Assembly (NCBI GenBank): GCA_003240855.1 | Contig: QFNN01000003.1 | Coordinates: forward strand, 5,413 to 69,412 | DNA length: 64,000 bases | Reading direction: 5' to 3' | Source of the DNA: Sphingomonas sanxanigenens | Lineage (GTDB): Bacteria; Pseudomonadota; Alphaproteobacteria; Sphingomonadales; Sphingomonadaceae | Shown here: piece by piece, positions 28,107 to 36,971 of the stretch | Layout of the letters: each line of letters opens with the position of its first letter | Numbering within the stretch: the stretch's first letter is position 1 | Notes under the pieces: generated by a model | The model's input: only the letters and a program-made list of their open reading frames with translations | The model's database searches: none | What the model was told of the DNA's origin: nothing | Position numbers and translations under genes: made by a program

Positions 28107-28763
28107 GTGATGACGATGCGTTTCCGTGTGCCTCTTCCCTCCATCCCGGTCGCGATCGCGCTGCTGCCTTTCGCTGCGTCGGCGTTGGCCGAGACCAAGG
28201 ATGCGCCCAGGTTACCCACCGCCAATTTCGTCGCGGTCGAGGACAAGCCCTCGGAAACCTACGTCATCGGTCCGCTCGATACGCTGACGATATTCGTCTG
28301 GCGCAATCCCGAACTGGGCGGCAAGGTCCAGGTCCGCCCTGATGGCCGCATCACCACGCCGCTGATCGAGGATATGCAGGCGGTCGGCAAGACGCCCAAA
28401 CAGCTTTCCGACGATCTGGCGGAGGCGCTTTCCAAATATATCACCACCCCACGCGTCTCGGTGATCGTCGAGAATTTTTCGGGCACCTTCTCGCAGCAGA
28501 TCCGCATCGTCGGCGCGACCGACAAGCCCGCCGCCATCCCCTATCGCGCGAACATGACCTTGCTCGACGCCATGATCGCGGTGGGCGGCCTTTCCGAATA
28601 TGCGGCGGGCAACCGCGCGCGCCTGATCCGATATGATCGCGCATCGGGCAAACAGATCGAGTTTCGTCTGAAGATCACCAGTCTGCTCCGCAAGGGCGAC
28701 ATCAAGGCCAATGTCGGGCTTGAACCGGGCGATGTCATCATCATCCCCGAAAGCCTGTTCTGA
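28107..28763 (+). CDS. polysaccharide export outer-membrane protein (Wza-like, PEP-CTERM locus type)
   Basis: Signal peptide, a Poly_export motif (PLDTLTIFVWRNPEL...VRPDGRITTPLI) and an SLBB-like C-terminus. The start is ambiguous (GTG 28107, ATG 28110 or ATG 28116). Confidence 0.88.
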   Translation: MMTMRFRVPLPSIPVAIALLPFAASALAETKDAPRLPTANFVAVEDKPSETYVIGPLDTLTIFVWRNPELGGKVQVRPDGRITTPLIEDMQAVGKTPKQLSDDLAEALSKYITTPRVSVIVENFSGTFSQQIRIVGATDKPAAIPYRANMTLLDAMIAVGGLSEYAAGNRARLIRYDRASGKQIEFRLKITSLLRKGDIKANVGLEPGDVIIIPESLF

Positions 28764-28767
28764 GCCG

Positions 28768-30324
28768 ATGGGCGCGCTCTATGACGAACTGCTGATTGCG
28801 CTCCATCTGGTGTGGCGACGGCGCTGGATCGCGCTTGGCGTGGCATGGGCCATCTGCCTCGCGGGCTGGCTGGTCGTGGCGCTCATCCCGAATCGCTATG
28901 AGAGCCGCGCGCGCCTCTCGATCCAGGCGCAATCGCTGCTTGGAGGCAGCGTCGGCATAGACGACGCCCGCCGCCAGCGCGATCTAGACCAGATCCGCCA
29001 GACGCTCGTTTCGACGGTCAACCTGCAGAAGGTGGTCAAGTCGACCGACCTCAATCTGACGGTCGCCAGCGACCGCGACGTGGCGTCGCGCGTCGAAAGC
29101 CTGCGTCAGGCGATCAGCATCGTCGCCCAGCAGGATAATCTGGTCGAGATCAGCGCGCGCTGGGGTGCTCCGGGGCTTTCCGACTCCGTCAATGCGAAGC
29201 TGGCGCGCGCCATCGTCCAGCGCCTCGCCGATCTCTTCATCGAGCAGAATCTGGCTGACGGGCGGGAAGAAAGCAGCCGCACGCTCGCTTTCCTCGACGC
29301 CCAACTCGCCGAACGGTCGAAGCAACTGAGCGAGGCCGACGCCAAGCGCGCCACGTTCGAGGCGCAATATCTCGGCGCACTGCCCGGGACCGGTTCGGTC
29401 GCAGATCGCCTCGACGCAGCGCGGGCCGAGCTTTCGCGCATTGACTCAGATCTGGCGGCGGCAGGAAGCGCGCTGGTTGCCGTCAACGCGCAGATGGCGG
29501 GCACATCGCCAACGGTCGCGGGGGCAGGGAGCGCAGCGGCCCCCGCCACGGCAGGCCCGGCGCGCGCACGCGTCGCCGCGCTCGAAAGCCAGATCGCGGA
29601 GGGCCGGTCGCGCGGCTGGACCGATCAGCACCCTGACATGGTCGCGCTCAGCGTCCAGCTTGCGCAGGCGCGCGCGGCTGCGGGTGGCGAGCGGCTTGTC
29701 ACAGCCGCTGCCGGCGGCGCAGCGAGCGCCAATCCGCTCTATCTGTCGCTGCGTTCGATGCAGGCAGACCGGCAGGCGGCGGTCGCCGCGCTGTCGGCGC
29801 GCAAGGCGCAGATCCGGCATGACATCGACCAGTATCTTGAGCGGACATCGGCCGACCCCGCAGTGGCGGCCGAAGCTGGGCGCGTCAGCCAGGACTATGC
29901 CGTGCTCAAGGATCAATATGACAAGTTGCTCGCCGAGCGCGAGCAGGCGGCGTTGCGCGGACAAGCCGAGACCAAGGCCGGCCCCGTCCGCATCGCCCTG
30001 ATCGACCCGCCGAGCGCGCCGCGCCTGCCTGCGGCGCCCAACCGTCCGCTGCTGCTGACGGCGGTGCTGCTGCTCGGTGTCGCGGGTGGCGTCGGCGCGG
30101 CCTATGCGCTTGGCCGGATCAGGACGACCTATCCCACGGCGCGCCGGCTGGAACGCGCCAGTGGCCTGACTGTCATCGGGGCGATTGGCGAGGCGCAGAC
30201 CGAGGCCCGCCGTGCGATCGCCGCGAAGCAACGTCGCTGGCTGATGGGCGGCGGCGCCGCGCTTGCGGGCGCCTGGGCGCTGCTGCTCGTCATCGAGCTT
30301 GTCCAGCGTGGCATGGTGGCATGA
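28768..30324 (+). CDS. chain-length determinant (Wzz/PCP-type) protein, PEP-CTERM locus type
   Basis: N- and C-terminal TM helices flank a long coiled-coil periplasmic region, with a Wzz-like N-terminal motif. Start set at MGALYDEL. Confidence 0.85.
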   Translation: MGALYDELLIALHLVWRRRWIALGVAWAICLAGWLVVALIPNRYESRARLSIQAQSLLGGSVGIDDARRQRDLDQIRQTLVSTVNLQKVVKSTDLNLTVASDRDVASRVESLRQAISIVAQQDNLVEISARWGAPGLSDSVNAKLARAIVQRLADLFIEQNLADGREESSRTLAFLDAQLAERSKQLSEADAKRATFEAQYLGALPGTGSVADRLDAARAELSRIDSDLAAAGSALVAVNAQMAGTSPTVAGAGSAAAPATAGPARARVAALESQIAEGRSRGWTDQHPDMVALSVQLAQARAAAGGERLVTAAAGGAASANPLYLSLRSMQADRQAAVAALSARKAQIRHDIDQYLERTSADPAVAAEAGRVSQDYAVLKDQYDKLLAEREQAALRGQAETKAGPVRIALIDPPSAPRLPAAPNRPLLLTAVLLLGVAGGVGAAYALGRIRTTYPTARRLERASGLTVIGAIGEAQTEARRAIAAKQRRWLMGGGAALAGAWALLLVIELVQRGMVA

Positions 30325-30331
30325 GGCGTCG

Positions 30332-31186
30332 ATGACCGAACATGGCCCCATTCGCACTGGATCGCTGATCGAGCGCGCAGCCGAAATCTACGATTTCGCA
30401 AGCTTCCGGCAAGCGGTGAAGCCTGCGCCAGACGCGACGGCTGATCGACCGCAGCCCCACATCGCATCGGCCGGCGTCCAGGCCATTGATCGTGACCTTT
30501 TGCGCATGTCGGGATTTATCGTCCCCGGAGAGGCCGTCAGCCCGATCGCCGAGGAGTTTCGCATCGCCAAGCGCCAGTTGCTGATCGGCGGCATGGCGTC
30601 GGCCAGGGATCGCGTGATCCTGATCGGATCGGCGCGCAAGGGCGAGGGCAAGAGCTTCTGCGCGGTCAACCTCGCGCTCTCGCTTGCCTCTGAGCGCGAC
30701 CTCGAAGTGCTGCTCGTCGATGGCGATGTCGCCAAACCTTCGATATTTTCGATGCTTGGCGTCGCAGGTGGACCCGGGTTGATGGACGCGCTTGCAGACC
30801 CCGGCATCGCGATCGACGATTGCATCGTCGAGACGGATATAGCGGGCCTGTCTCTGCTCCCCGCAGGTCGCGCGACCCATAACGATACAGAACTGCTCGC
30901 CTCGGCCCGCACCGCGTCGCTGATTGCAGCGCTTGCCGAAAAGAACCTGCGCCGCCTCGTCATTCTCGATTCGCCGCCGCTGCTTGACGCTTCCCCAGCC
31001 TCGGCGCTCGCCCTTCACGCCGGTCAGGCGTTGCTGGTTGTCCGCGCTGATGTGACGAGCGAGGCGGACCTGCGGGCCGCCGTTGCGATGCTTGATCCGT
31101 GCGGGGAGGTGAAGCTGCTGCTGAATGGCGTCAGCCGCATGGTCTCCGGGCAGCGCTTTGGCGATTATTATGGCGAAGTACCGTGA
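30332..31186 (+). CDS. BY-kinase-like P-loop ATPase (chain-length determinant tyrosine kinase, PEP-CTERM locus type)
   Basis: Walker A ARKGEGKS, Walker A' LLVDGDVAKP, Walker B LVILDSPP. The short C-terminal tail GDYYGEVP has only two Tyr. Confidence 0.85.
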   Translation: MTEHGPIRTGSLIERAAEIYDFASFRQAVKPAPDATADRPQPHIASAGVQAIDRDLLRMSGFIVPGEAVSPIAEEFRIAKRQLLIGGMASARDRVILIGSARKGEGKSFCAVNLALSLASERDLEVLLVDGDVAKPSIFSMLGVAGGPGLMDALADPGIAIDDCIVETDIAGLSLLPAGRATHNDTELLASARTASLIAALAEKNLRRLVILDSPPLLDASPASALALHAGQALLVVRADVTSEADLRAAVAMLDPCGEVKLLLNGVSRMVSGQRFGDYYGEVP

Positions 31187-32787
31187 TCCGGCGCCTGCTC
31201 TTGATCGCTGCGACGCTGCTCGCCGTGCCGGGGATGGCCGGTGTGGCCGAGGCGCGTTCGAATGCGCAGATCACGCCTTATATTGAAGTCGATCAGGTCG
31301 TTCTCGCCGACCTCAAGGGGGCGGGCGACGTCCTGACCTACACCACATTGGCGGCCGGCGTCGACGCCAGCATCGCCGGGCGCAATGCGGAAGGGCAGGT
31401 GAGCTATCGCTATGAGCATCGGTTCGGCTGGGGGCGACGCGCGGGCGACGAAGGTGTGCATTATGGCCTCGCGCGCGGGCGGCTGACCGTTACCGACGGG
31501 TTCAGCCTTGAAGCGGGCGGAATCGCGACACGCGCGCGCAGCGATATTCGCGGGGCCGCAAACGGCTATGGCGATCTCAATCCGGACAATGTCTCGAATG
31601 TCTATGCGTTATATGCGGGCCCCGCTTTCGCGAGGCGCATAGGCGATCTCGATGCCGCGGCCGCCTATCGCATCGGTTACACCAAAGTCGATCCTGCCGA
31701 CATCATCCTGCCTGCAGGTCAGCCCCGTCTCGATCAATATGATCATTCGCTCAGCCATTATGCGACCGCCAGCATCGGCATACCCGCGCGCATTTTTCCG
31801 CTGTTCGGCTGGAAGCTGTCGGGTCTGTGGCAGCGTGAGGCGACCGGACAGCTAGACCAGCGTTTCGACGATAAGGCGGTGAGACTCGATCTCACCCGCC
31901 CCCTCGGCCGCACGCTCGCGCTGGTCGGCTCGGCGGGATATGAAAAGATCACGATAAGCCAGCGCCCGGCCCTGCGCGATGCAAATGGCGCTCCGGCGTT
32001 CGACGCCAAGGGGCGTTTCGCGACCGATAAGAGCGCGGCGCGGCAACTCGCTTATGAAACTGACGGACTGATCTGGGACGCCGGCCTGTCCTGGCGGCCC
32101 AGTCAACGGACTATGGCAGAGTTCCGCGTCGGCAGGCGTTATGGATCAACTATTTATACTGGCTCTCTCACGCACGAAGTTAAGCCGGGCGTGGCCGTGC
32201 AGGTGACTGCCTATGATGGCCTCCAGAGTTTTGGTCGGCAACTGACGGATGGGCTGGTCGGCCTGCCCACGCAATTCGCGACATTCAGCAATCCGCTCGC
32301 CCGGACGATGGGCGGCTGCATCTATGGCGCGAAGGCGGCAGGAACCTGCCTCGATGACGCCTTCCAGTCGATCGCGACAGCCCAATATCGCGCTCGGGGC
32401 GTAACGGCGCTGCTATCGGTCAATCGCGGCCCGTGGAGCGGGGGTGTCGGCATCGGCTATGCCCGCCGCAAATATCTAGCGCCCGAGGATGGCCTCTTCT
32501 TTTCGCTCGACGGCGTCGTCGACCAAAGCTGGTTCGGACAGGCTCAGATCGGCCGCAGGTTGAGCGAGCGATCGAGCGTTGAAGCGAGCCTTTACGCCAA
32601 TCGCTACGAAAGCGGCATCGCCTTCGCGCCCGCCGTGACCTCGACGGGAACGACGGTCAGCTATTATCGCCTTATCGGTCGTCGGCTGAGCGCCACGGCG
32701 TCGATCGGGTTGTTCACTTCGGATCAGGACGGCTTCGCCAATGATGTGGTAGCATCGGGACTGATCGGCCTGCGGTATAGTTTCTAG
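31183..32787 (+). CDS. predicted outer-membrane beta-barrel protein, PEP-CTERM system-associated (uncharacterised family)
   Basis: Signal peptide (LLLIAATLLAVPGMAGVAEA), alternating beta-strand pattern and a C-terminal ...GLRYSF. GTGA overlap with the kinase gene. Confidence 0.75.
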   Translation: MIRRLLLIAATLLAVPGMAGVAEARSNAQITPYIEVDQVVLADLKGAGDVLTYTTLAAGVDASIAGRNAEGQVSYRYEHRFGWGRRAGDEGVHYGLARGRLTVTDGFSLEAGGIATRARSDIRGAANGYGDLNPDNVSNVYALYAGPAFARRIGDLDAAAAYRIGYTKVDPADIILPAGQPRLDQYDHSLSHYATASIGIPARIFPLFGWKLSGLWQREATGQLDQRFDDKAVRLDLTRPLGRTLALVGSAGYEKITISQRPALRDANGAPAFDAKGRFATDKSAARQLAYETDGLIWDAGLSWRPSQRTMAEFRVGRRYGSTIYTGSLTHEVKPGVAVQVTAYDGLQSFGRQLTDGLVGLPTQFATFSNPLARTMGGCIYGAKAAGTCLDDAFQSIATAQYRARGVTALLSVNRGPWSGGVGIGYARRKYLAPEDGLFFSLDGVVDQSWFGQAQIGRRLSERSSVEASLYANRYESGIAFAPAVTSTGTTVSYYRLIGRRLSATASIGLFTSDQDGFANDVVASGLIGLRYSF

Positions 32788-32799
32788 GGGGTTAGCAAG

Positions 32800-33861
32800 G
32801 TGTATAACAGCTTTTACGGCCTGACTGATCGGCCCTTTCAGCTCACCCCGGATCCGCGCTTCTATTTCGAGAGCGCGACGCACCGGAAGGCGATGGCCTA
32901 TCTCGGCTATGGTCTCGCGCAGGGCGAGGGCTTCATCGTCATCACCGGGGAGATCGGATCAGGCAAGACGACGCTGACCGGTCACCTAATGCAGACCGTT
33001 GATCCCGCGCGGCTGACGGCGGCGCGGATTACGACGACCCAGGTCGACGGCGACGATATGCTTCGCCTCACCGCCCAAGGGTTTGGAATCGACATTGATG
33101 GCGCAGATAAAGCGACCATTATCAGGAGATTGGATGATTTTCTTGCGGAACAATCTCGGATCGGTAAACGCAGCCTGCTGATCGTCGATGAAGCGCAGAA
33201 TCTTCCGGTCGAGACGCTCGAAGAGCTGCGCATGCTCTCAAATCTCCAGGCGCACGGTCATGCGCTGCTCCAGATCTTCCTGCTCGGCCAGCCCGAGTTT
33301 CGCGATCGCCTGGCCGGGCTTGAGCAGCTTCGCCAGCGCGTCATTGCAACGCATCACCTCGAACCGATGCTGGCCGAGGAGGTTGAGCCTTACGTGGTGC
33401 ATCGGCTGAGTCTTGCGGGCTGGACGGGAAATCCTGAGTTCACCCCTGACGCCTTCGTGGCCGTCTACCGCTTCAGCGGAGGCATACCGCGCCAGATCAA
33501 CGCGCTGGTCTCGCGCGTGCTGCTGCTTGGCGCGATCGAGAAGCTCGCGCTGATCGACGGCGCGACCGTGGACCGTGTCATCGCCGATTTTGAGCATGAC
33601 GCGACGGCGCCGGTCACGGCGGTTTACGCCGCCGTGACGGAAGCGCCGAATGTTGTCGTGGAGCATGAGCCCGTCGCTGCCGCCGTCATGCCGTCGATTG
33701 TTCCCGACTCTGCACTCGTCGCGCGGGTCGAGGCGCTTGAGGCTCAGGTCGCGGCGCAGGACGCCGTCATACGCCGCGTGCTCGCGCTGCTCCTCGACTG
33801 GGTCGAGACCGAGCAATATCCGCCGATTCCGACTGGCCTTATGCGCGACAGCGCGGCCTGA
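32800..33861 (+). CDS. AAA/ExeA-like ATPase, XrtA/PEP-CTERM system-associated
   Basis: Walker A GEIGSGKTT and Walker B LLIVDEAQNL. Conserved position in XrtA loci. GTG start. Confidence 0.85.
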   Translation: MYNSFYGLTDRPFQLTPDPRFYFESATHRKAMAYLGYGLAQGEGFIVITGEIGSGKTTLTGHLMQTVDPARLTAARITTTQVDGDDMLRLTAQGFGIDIDGADKATIIRRLDDFLAEQSRIGKRSLLIVDEAQNLPVETLEELRMLSNLQAHGHALLQIFLLGQPEFRDRLAGLEQLRQRVIATHHLEPMLAEEVEPYVVHRLSLAGWTGNPEFTPDAFVAVYRFSGGIPRQINALVSRVLLLGAIEKLALIDGATVDRVIADFEHDATAPVTAVYAAVTEAPNVVVEHEPVAAAVMPSIVPDSALVARVEALEAQVAAQDAVIRRVLALLLDWVETEQYPPIPTGLMRDSAA

Positions 33862-33877
33862 CGCCGTTTGAGGGGGC

Positions 33878-34729
33878 ATGCCCATGCTCAACGCGCTGTC
33901 AGTCGACGTCGAGGACTGGTTCCAGGTGGGCGCTTTTGAGCGGGTGATTGCGCGCGGCGACTGGCCGACGCTGGAATCGCGCGTCGAACGCAACAGCGAC
34001 GCCGTTCTCGACCTGTTCGAGCGGGCAGGCGTGAAGGCGACCTTCTTCATTCTCGGCTGGGTCGCTGAACGTCATCCCGCGCTGATCCGCCGCATCGCCC
34101 AGCGCGGGCATGAAGTGGCCAGCCACGGCGTCGACCATGCCCGCATCTTCACCTTCACCGCTGGCCAGTTCCGCAACGACATCGATCGCGCCCGCAAGGC
34201 GATCGAGGACGCGGCTGGCGTTGCCGTCACCGGCTATCGCGCGCCGAGTTTCTCGATCGATGCGCGCACGCCCTGGGCGCATGAAGCGCTTGCGGAAGCG
34301 GGTTACGCCTATTCGTCCAGCGTGGCGCCAGTCGTTCACGATCATTATGGCTGGCCTGACGCACCACGCTTCGCCTTTCATCCCGTTGCCGGAAGTGCGC
34401 TGGTCGAACTTCCAGTGACGACTGCGCGCTTCGCCGGACGGACGCTCGCGGCTGGAGGCGGAGGCTTTTTCCGCCTTCTGCCTTATTGCTTTTCCGCATG
34501 GGCGATCGGCCGGGTGAACCACCGCGAGGGGCGCCCGGCAATCTTCTATTTCCACCCCTGGGAAATCGATCCGGGTCAGCCGCGTGTGGCCGGCGCGCCG
34601 CTGCGGTCGCGCCTGCGACACTATAGCCGGCTCGATGCGATGGCCGGCAAGCTCGATCGTCTGCTCTCCGAATTCGCGTGGGGGCGCGTGGATGCCGTCG
34701 CTGCCGATCAGGCGCGGAGGCTTGCGTGA
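33878..34729 (+). CDS. polysaccharide deacetylase (CE4), PEP-CTERM locus subfamily
   Basis: N-terminal LSVDVEDWFQ and HEVASHG motifs, typical of this NodB-homology subfamily. Confidence 0.88.
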   Translation: MPMLNALSVDVEDWFQVGAFERVIARGDWPTLESRVERNSDAVLDLFERAGVKATFFILGWVAERHPALIRRIAQRGHEVASHGVDHARIFTFTAGQFRNDIDRARKAIEDAAGVAVTGYRAPSFSIDARTPWAHEALAEAGYAYSSSVAPVVHDHYGWPDAPRFAFHPVAGSALVELPVTTARFAGRTLAAGGGGFFRLLPYCFSAWAIGRVNHREGRPAIFYFHPWEIDPGQPRVAGAPLRSRLRHYSRLDAMAGKLDRLLSEFAWGRVDAVAADQARRLA

Positions 34730-35781
34730 ATGCGGCTGTGCGCCATTCCTTCCCCGGCGTTCGCGAAGCCATGCTCGGCGACGCGCGGGAGGCGGCGGCG
34801 CTCGACGCTTTCGTCCGTGAACATCCGCATGGAACGCCTTTTCATCTGACCGGGTGGAGCCGAGCAGTCGAGGCGGGTTGCCGTCAGCGCGCGCGGTTTC
34901 TGATCGCGGGGCAGGGCGCGCGGATTGAAGGCGTGCTGCCGTTGACCGAGATAGCTTCGCCGCTGTTCGGCCGTGCGCTCGTCTCGACGGGTTTCGCGGT
35001 CGGCGGGGGTATTCTGGCGGCCGGACCCCAGACAGAACTGATGCTTGCCGACGCCGCCCGCGACCTCGCCGGCCGTCTGGGCTGTCCACTCGAACTGCGC
35101 GGCGGGCCGGCGCCAGGCGAGGGCTGGGTGATCGACGACGCGACTTATGCCGGCTTCGCGAGGCGCCTTGCTGCGGACGATGATGCCGAGCTGAAAGCCA
35201 TCCCACGCAAGCAACGCGCCGAGGTGCGGCGCGCGCTTGGCTTCGACCTCAACATCGAAGCTGGTCGATCCGCCCGTGAACGGGCCGTGCATTATGCTGT
35301 CTATGCCGAGAGCGTCCGCAATTTGGGAACCCCCGTTTTCCCTCGATCTCTTTTCGATTATGTTCTGAATGAGTTCGGAGAAGATTCTGATATATTGACG
35401 ATAAGTCAAAATGGCGTCCCCATCTCCAGCGTCCTGAGTTTCTACTATCGCGGTAGCGTCATGCCCTATTGGGGCGGTGGCACGCGGTCTGCGCGAGGCT
35501 GGCGCGCCAATGACCTGCTTTATTTCGCGCTGATGCGTCATGCGCGCGCGCGCGGTTGTACGCGTTTCGATTTCGGCCGCTCGAAGGTCGGGACGGGCGC
35601 TTATGCTTTCAAAAAAAATTGGGGGTTCGATCCCGTGCAGCTCCGCTACGCGACGTTGGGGCCGGGGCGTTCGATCAATCCGCTCGATCCGCGCTATCGC
35701 TTCCAGGTCGCGCTGTGGAAGCATATGCCGCTTGCTGTCGCCAATCGGATCGGGCCGATCATCGCGCGCGGCCTCGGCTGA
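34726..35781 (+). CDS. FemAB-family (GNAT-fold) protein, PEP-CTERM system-associated
   Basis: About 350 aa, with C-terminal ...YYRGSVMPYWGGG...RFDFGRSKVGTGAYAFKKNWGF. The GTG start overlaps the deacetylase stop (GTGA). Confidence 0.82.
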   Translation: MNAAVRHSFPGVREAMLGDAREAAALDAFVREHPHGTPFHLTGWSRAVEAGCRQRARFLIAGQGARIEGVLPLTEIASPLFGRALVSTGFAVGGGILAAGPQTELMLADAARDLAGRLGCPLELRGGPAPGEGWVIDDATYAGFARRLAADDDAELKAIPRKQRAEVRRALGFDLNIEAGRSARERAVHYAVYAESVRNLGTPVFPRSLFDYVLNEFGEDSDILTISQNGVPISSVLSFYYRGSVMPYWGGGTRSARGWRANDLLYFALMRHARARGCTRFDFGRSKVGTGAYAFKKNWGFDPVQLRYATLGPGRSINPLDPRYRFQVALWKHMPLAVANRIGPIIARGLG

Positions 35782-36971
35782 TGACGGGCGAGATCCTCTT
35801 TATTGCACATCGCGCGCCCTATCCGCCCGATCGCGGGGACCGGATGCGCGCCTGGCCCGTCCTTCGCGCGCTTGCCCGATTGGCCCCTACGCACCTGGCC
35901 TGCTTTGCTGACGGTCGGGCCGAGGTCGATGCGCTTGGTCCGATACTCCCGCTGCTCGCGAGCGCTTATGTGGAGCAACGTGCGCCAGCCGGCGCCATGA
36001 CGGCGCTCCGTGCAATAGGCGGCGGACGCCCTGTTTCGCTAACCGCATTTGAAAGCCCGTCGTTCGCTGCGCACGTCAAGGGCCTGCTGAGCGAGCGCGA
36101 TATTACCCATATCTATGTTTTCTCTGGGCAAATGGCGCAGTTCGTTCCCGCTGGCCGCACCTTCGTGATGGATTTCGTCGACGTCGATTCAGCCAAGTTT
36201 GAGGCCTATGGCCGCAGCCCGTTCGGCTGGATCTACCGCCGCGAGGCGCGCCTGTTAGCCGGTTGGGAAGCCGAAGTCGCGGCGCGCGCCGATCGCAGCC
36301 TGTTCGTCAGCGATGCTGAGGCGGCGCTGTTTCGCGCGCGCAGCGGTCAGGGCGACCGCGTGGAAACGCTCGCCAATGGCGTTGATACCGATCGCTACGA
36401 TCCGGGATTCCCGGCGGAAGCGGTCGCAGGGCGGGGGCCGCTCATCGCCTTCACCGGCCAGATGGACTATCGACCGAATGTCGAGGCGGTCATCCGTTTT
36501 GCACGCGACACGTTGCCCCTGATCCGCGCGCGTCGGCCCGATGCCCGCTTTGCGATCGTCGGCCGCGCGCCCACCGCCGCAGTGAGGGCGCTCGCCCGCC
36601 AGACAGGCGTCATCGTCACCGGCGAAGTGCCTGACATTCGTCCCTGGCTCGCCGCCGCCAACATCATCGTTGCGCCGCTTGGCCTTGCGCGCGGCGTTCA
36701 GAACAAGCTCCTTGAAGCGATGGCGATGGCGCGCCCGGTTGTGGCGTCGCCCGCCGCCGTCGAAGGAATAGACGCCATAGTCGGCGAGGAAATCGTCATT
36801 GCCGATGGTGCGCCGGCCGAGGCCGCGGCCATTCTCAGCCTCATTGCGGATCCCGCCCGCGCCAGTGCGATCGGCGCGGCGGCCCGCGCGCGAATGCTCG
36901 GCGACTATGGCTGGTCGACGCGTCTCGCGGCGCTGCCTGCCCTACTGGGGCGTGAAAGCGTGCCAGCATGA
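35781..36971 (+). CDS. GT4-like glycosyltransferase, PEP-CTERM/exosortase A-associated (stp1-like)
   Basis: The N-terminus ILFIAHRAPYPPDRGDRMR is characteristic of this family, and the C-terminal GT-B half ends in an E..LEAMAM motif. The ATG overlaps the previous stop by 1 nt. Confidence 0.85.
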   Translation: MTGEILFIAHRAPYPPDRGDRMRAWPVLRALARLAPTHLACFADGRAEVDALGPILPLLASAYVEQRAPAGAMTALRAIGGGRPVSLTAFESPSFAAHVKGLLSERDITHIYVFSGQMAQFVPAGRTFVMDFVDVDSAKFEAYGRSPFGWIYRREARLLAGWEAEVAARADRSLFVSDAEAALFRARSGQGDRVETLANGVDTDRYDPGFPAEAVAGRGPLIAFTGQMDYRPNVEAVIRFARDTLPLIRARRPDARFAIVGRAPTAAVRALARQTGVIVTGEVPDIRPWLAAANIIVAPLGLARGVQNKLLEAMAMARPVVASPAAVEGIDAIVGEEIVIADGAPAEAAAILSLIADPARASAIGAAARARMLGDYGWSTRLAALPALLGRESVPA

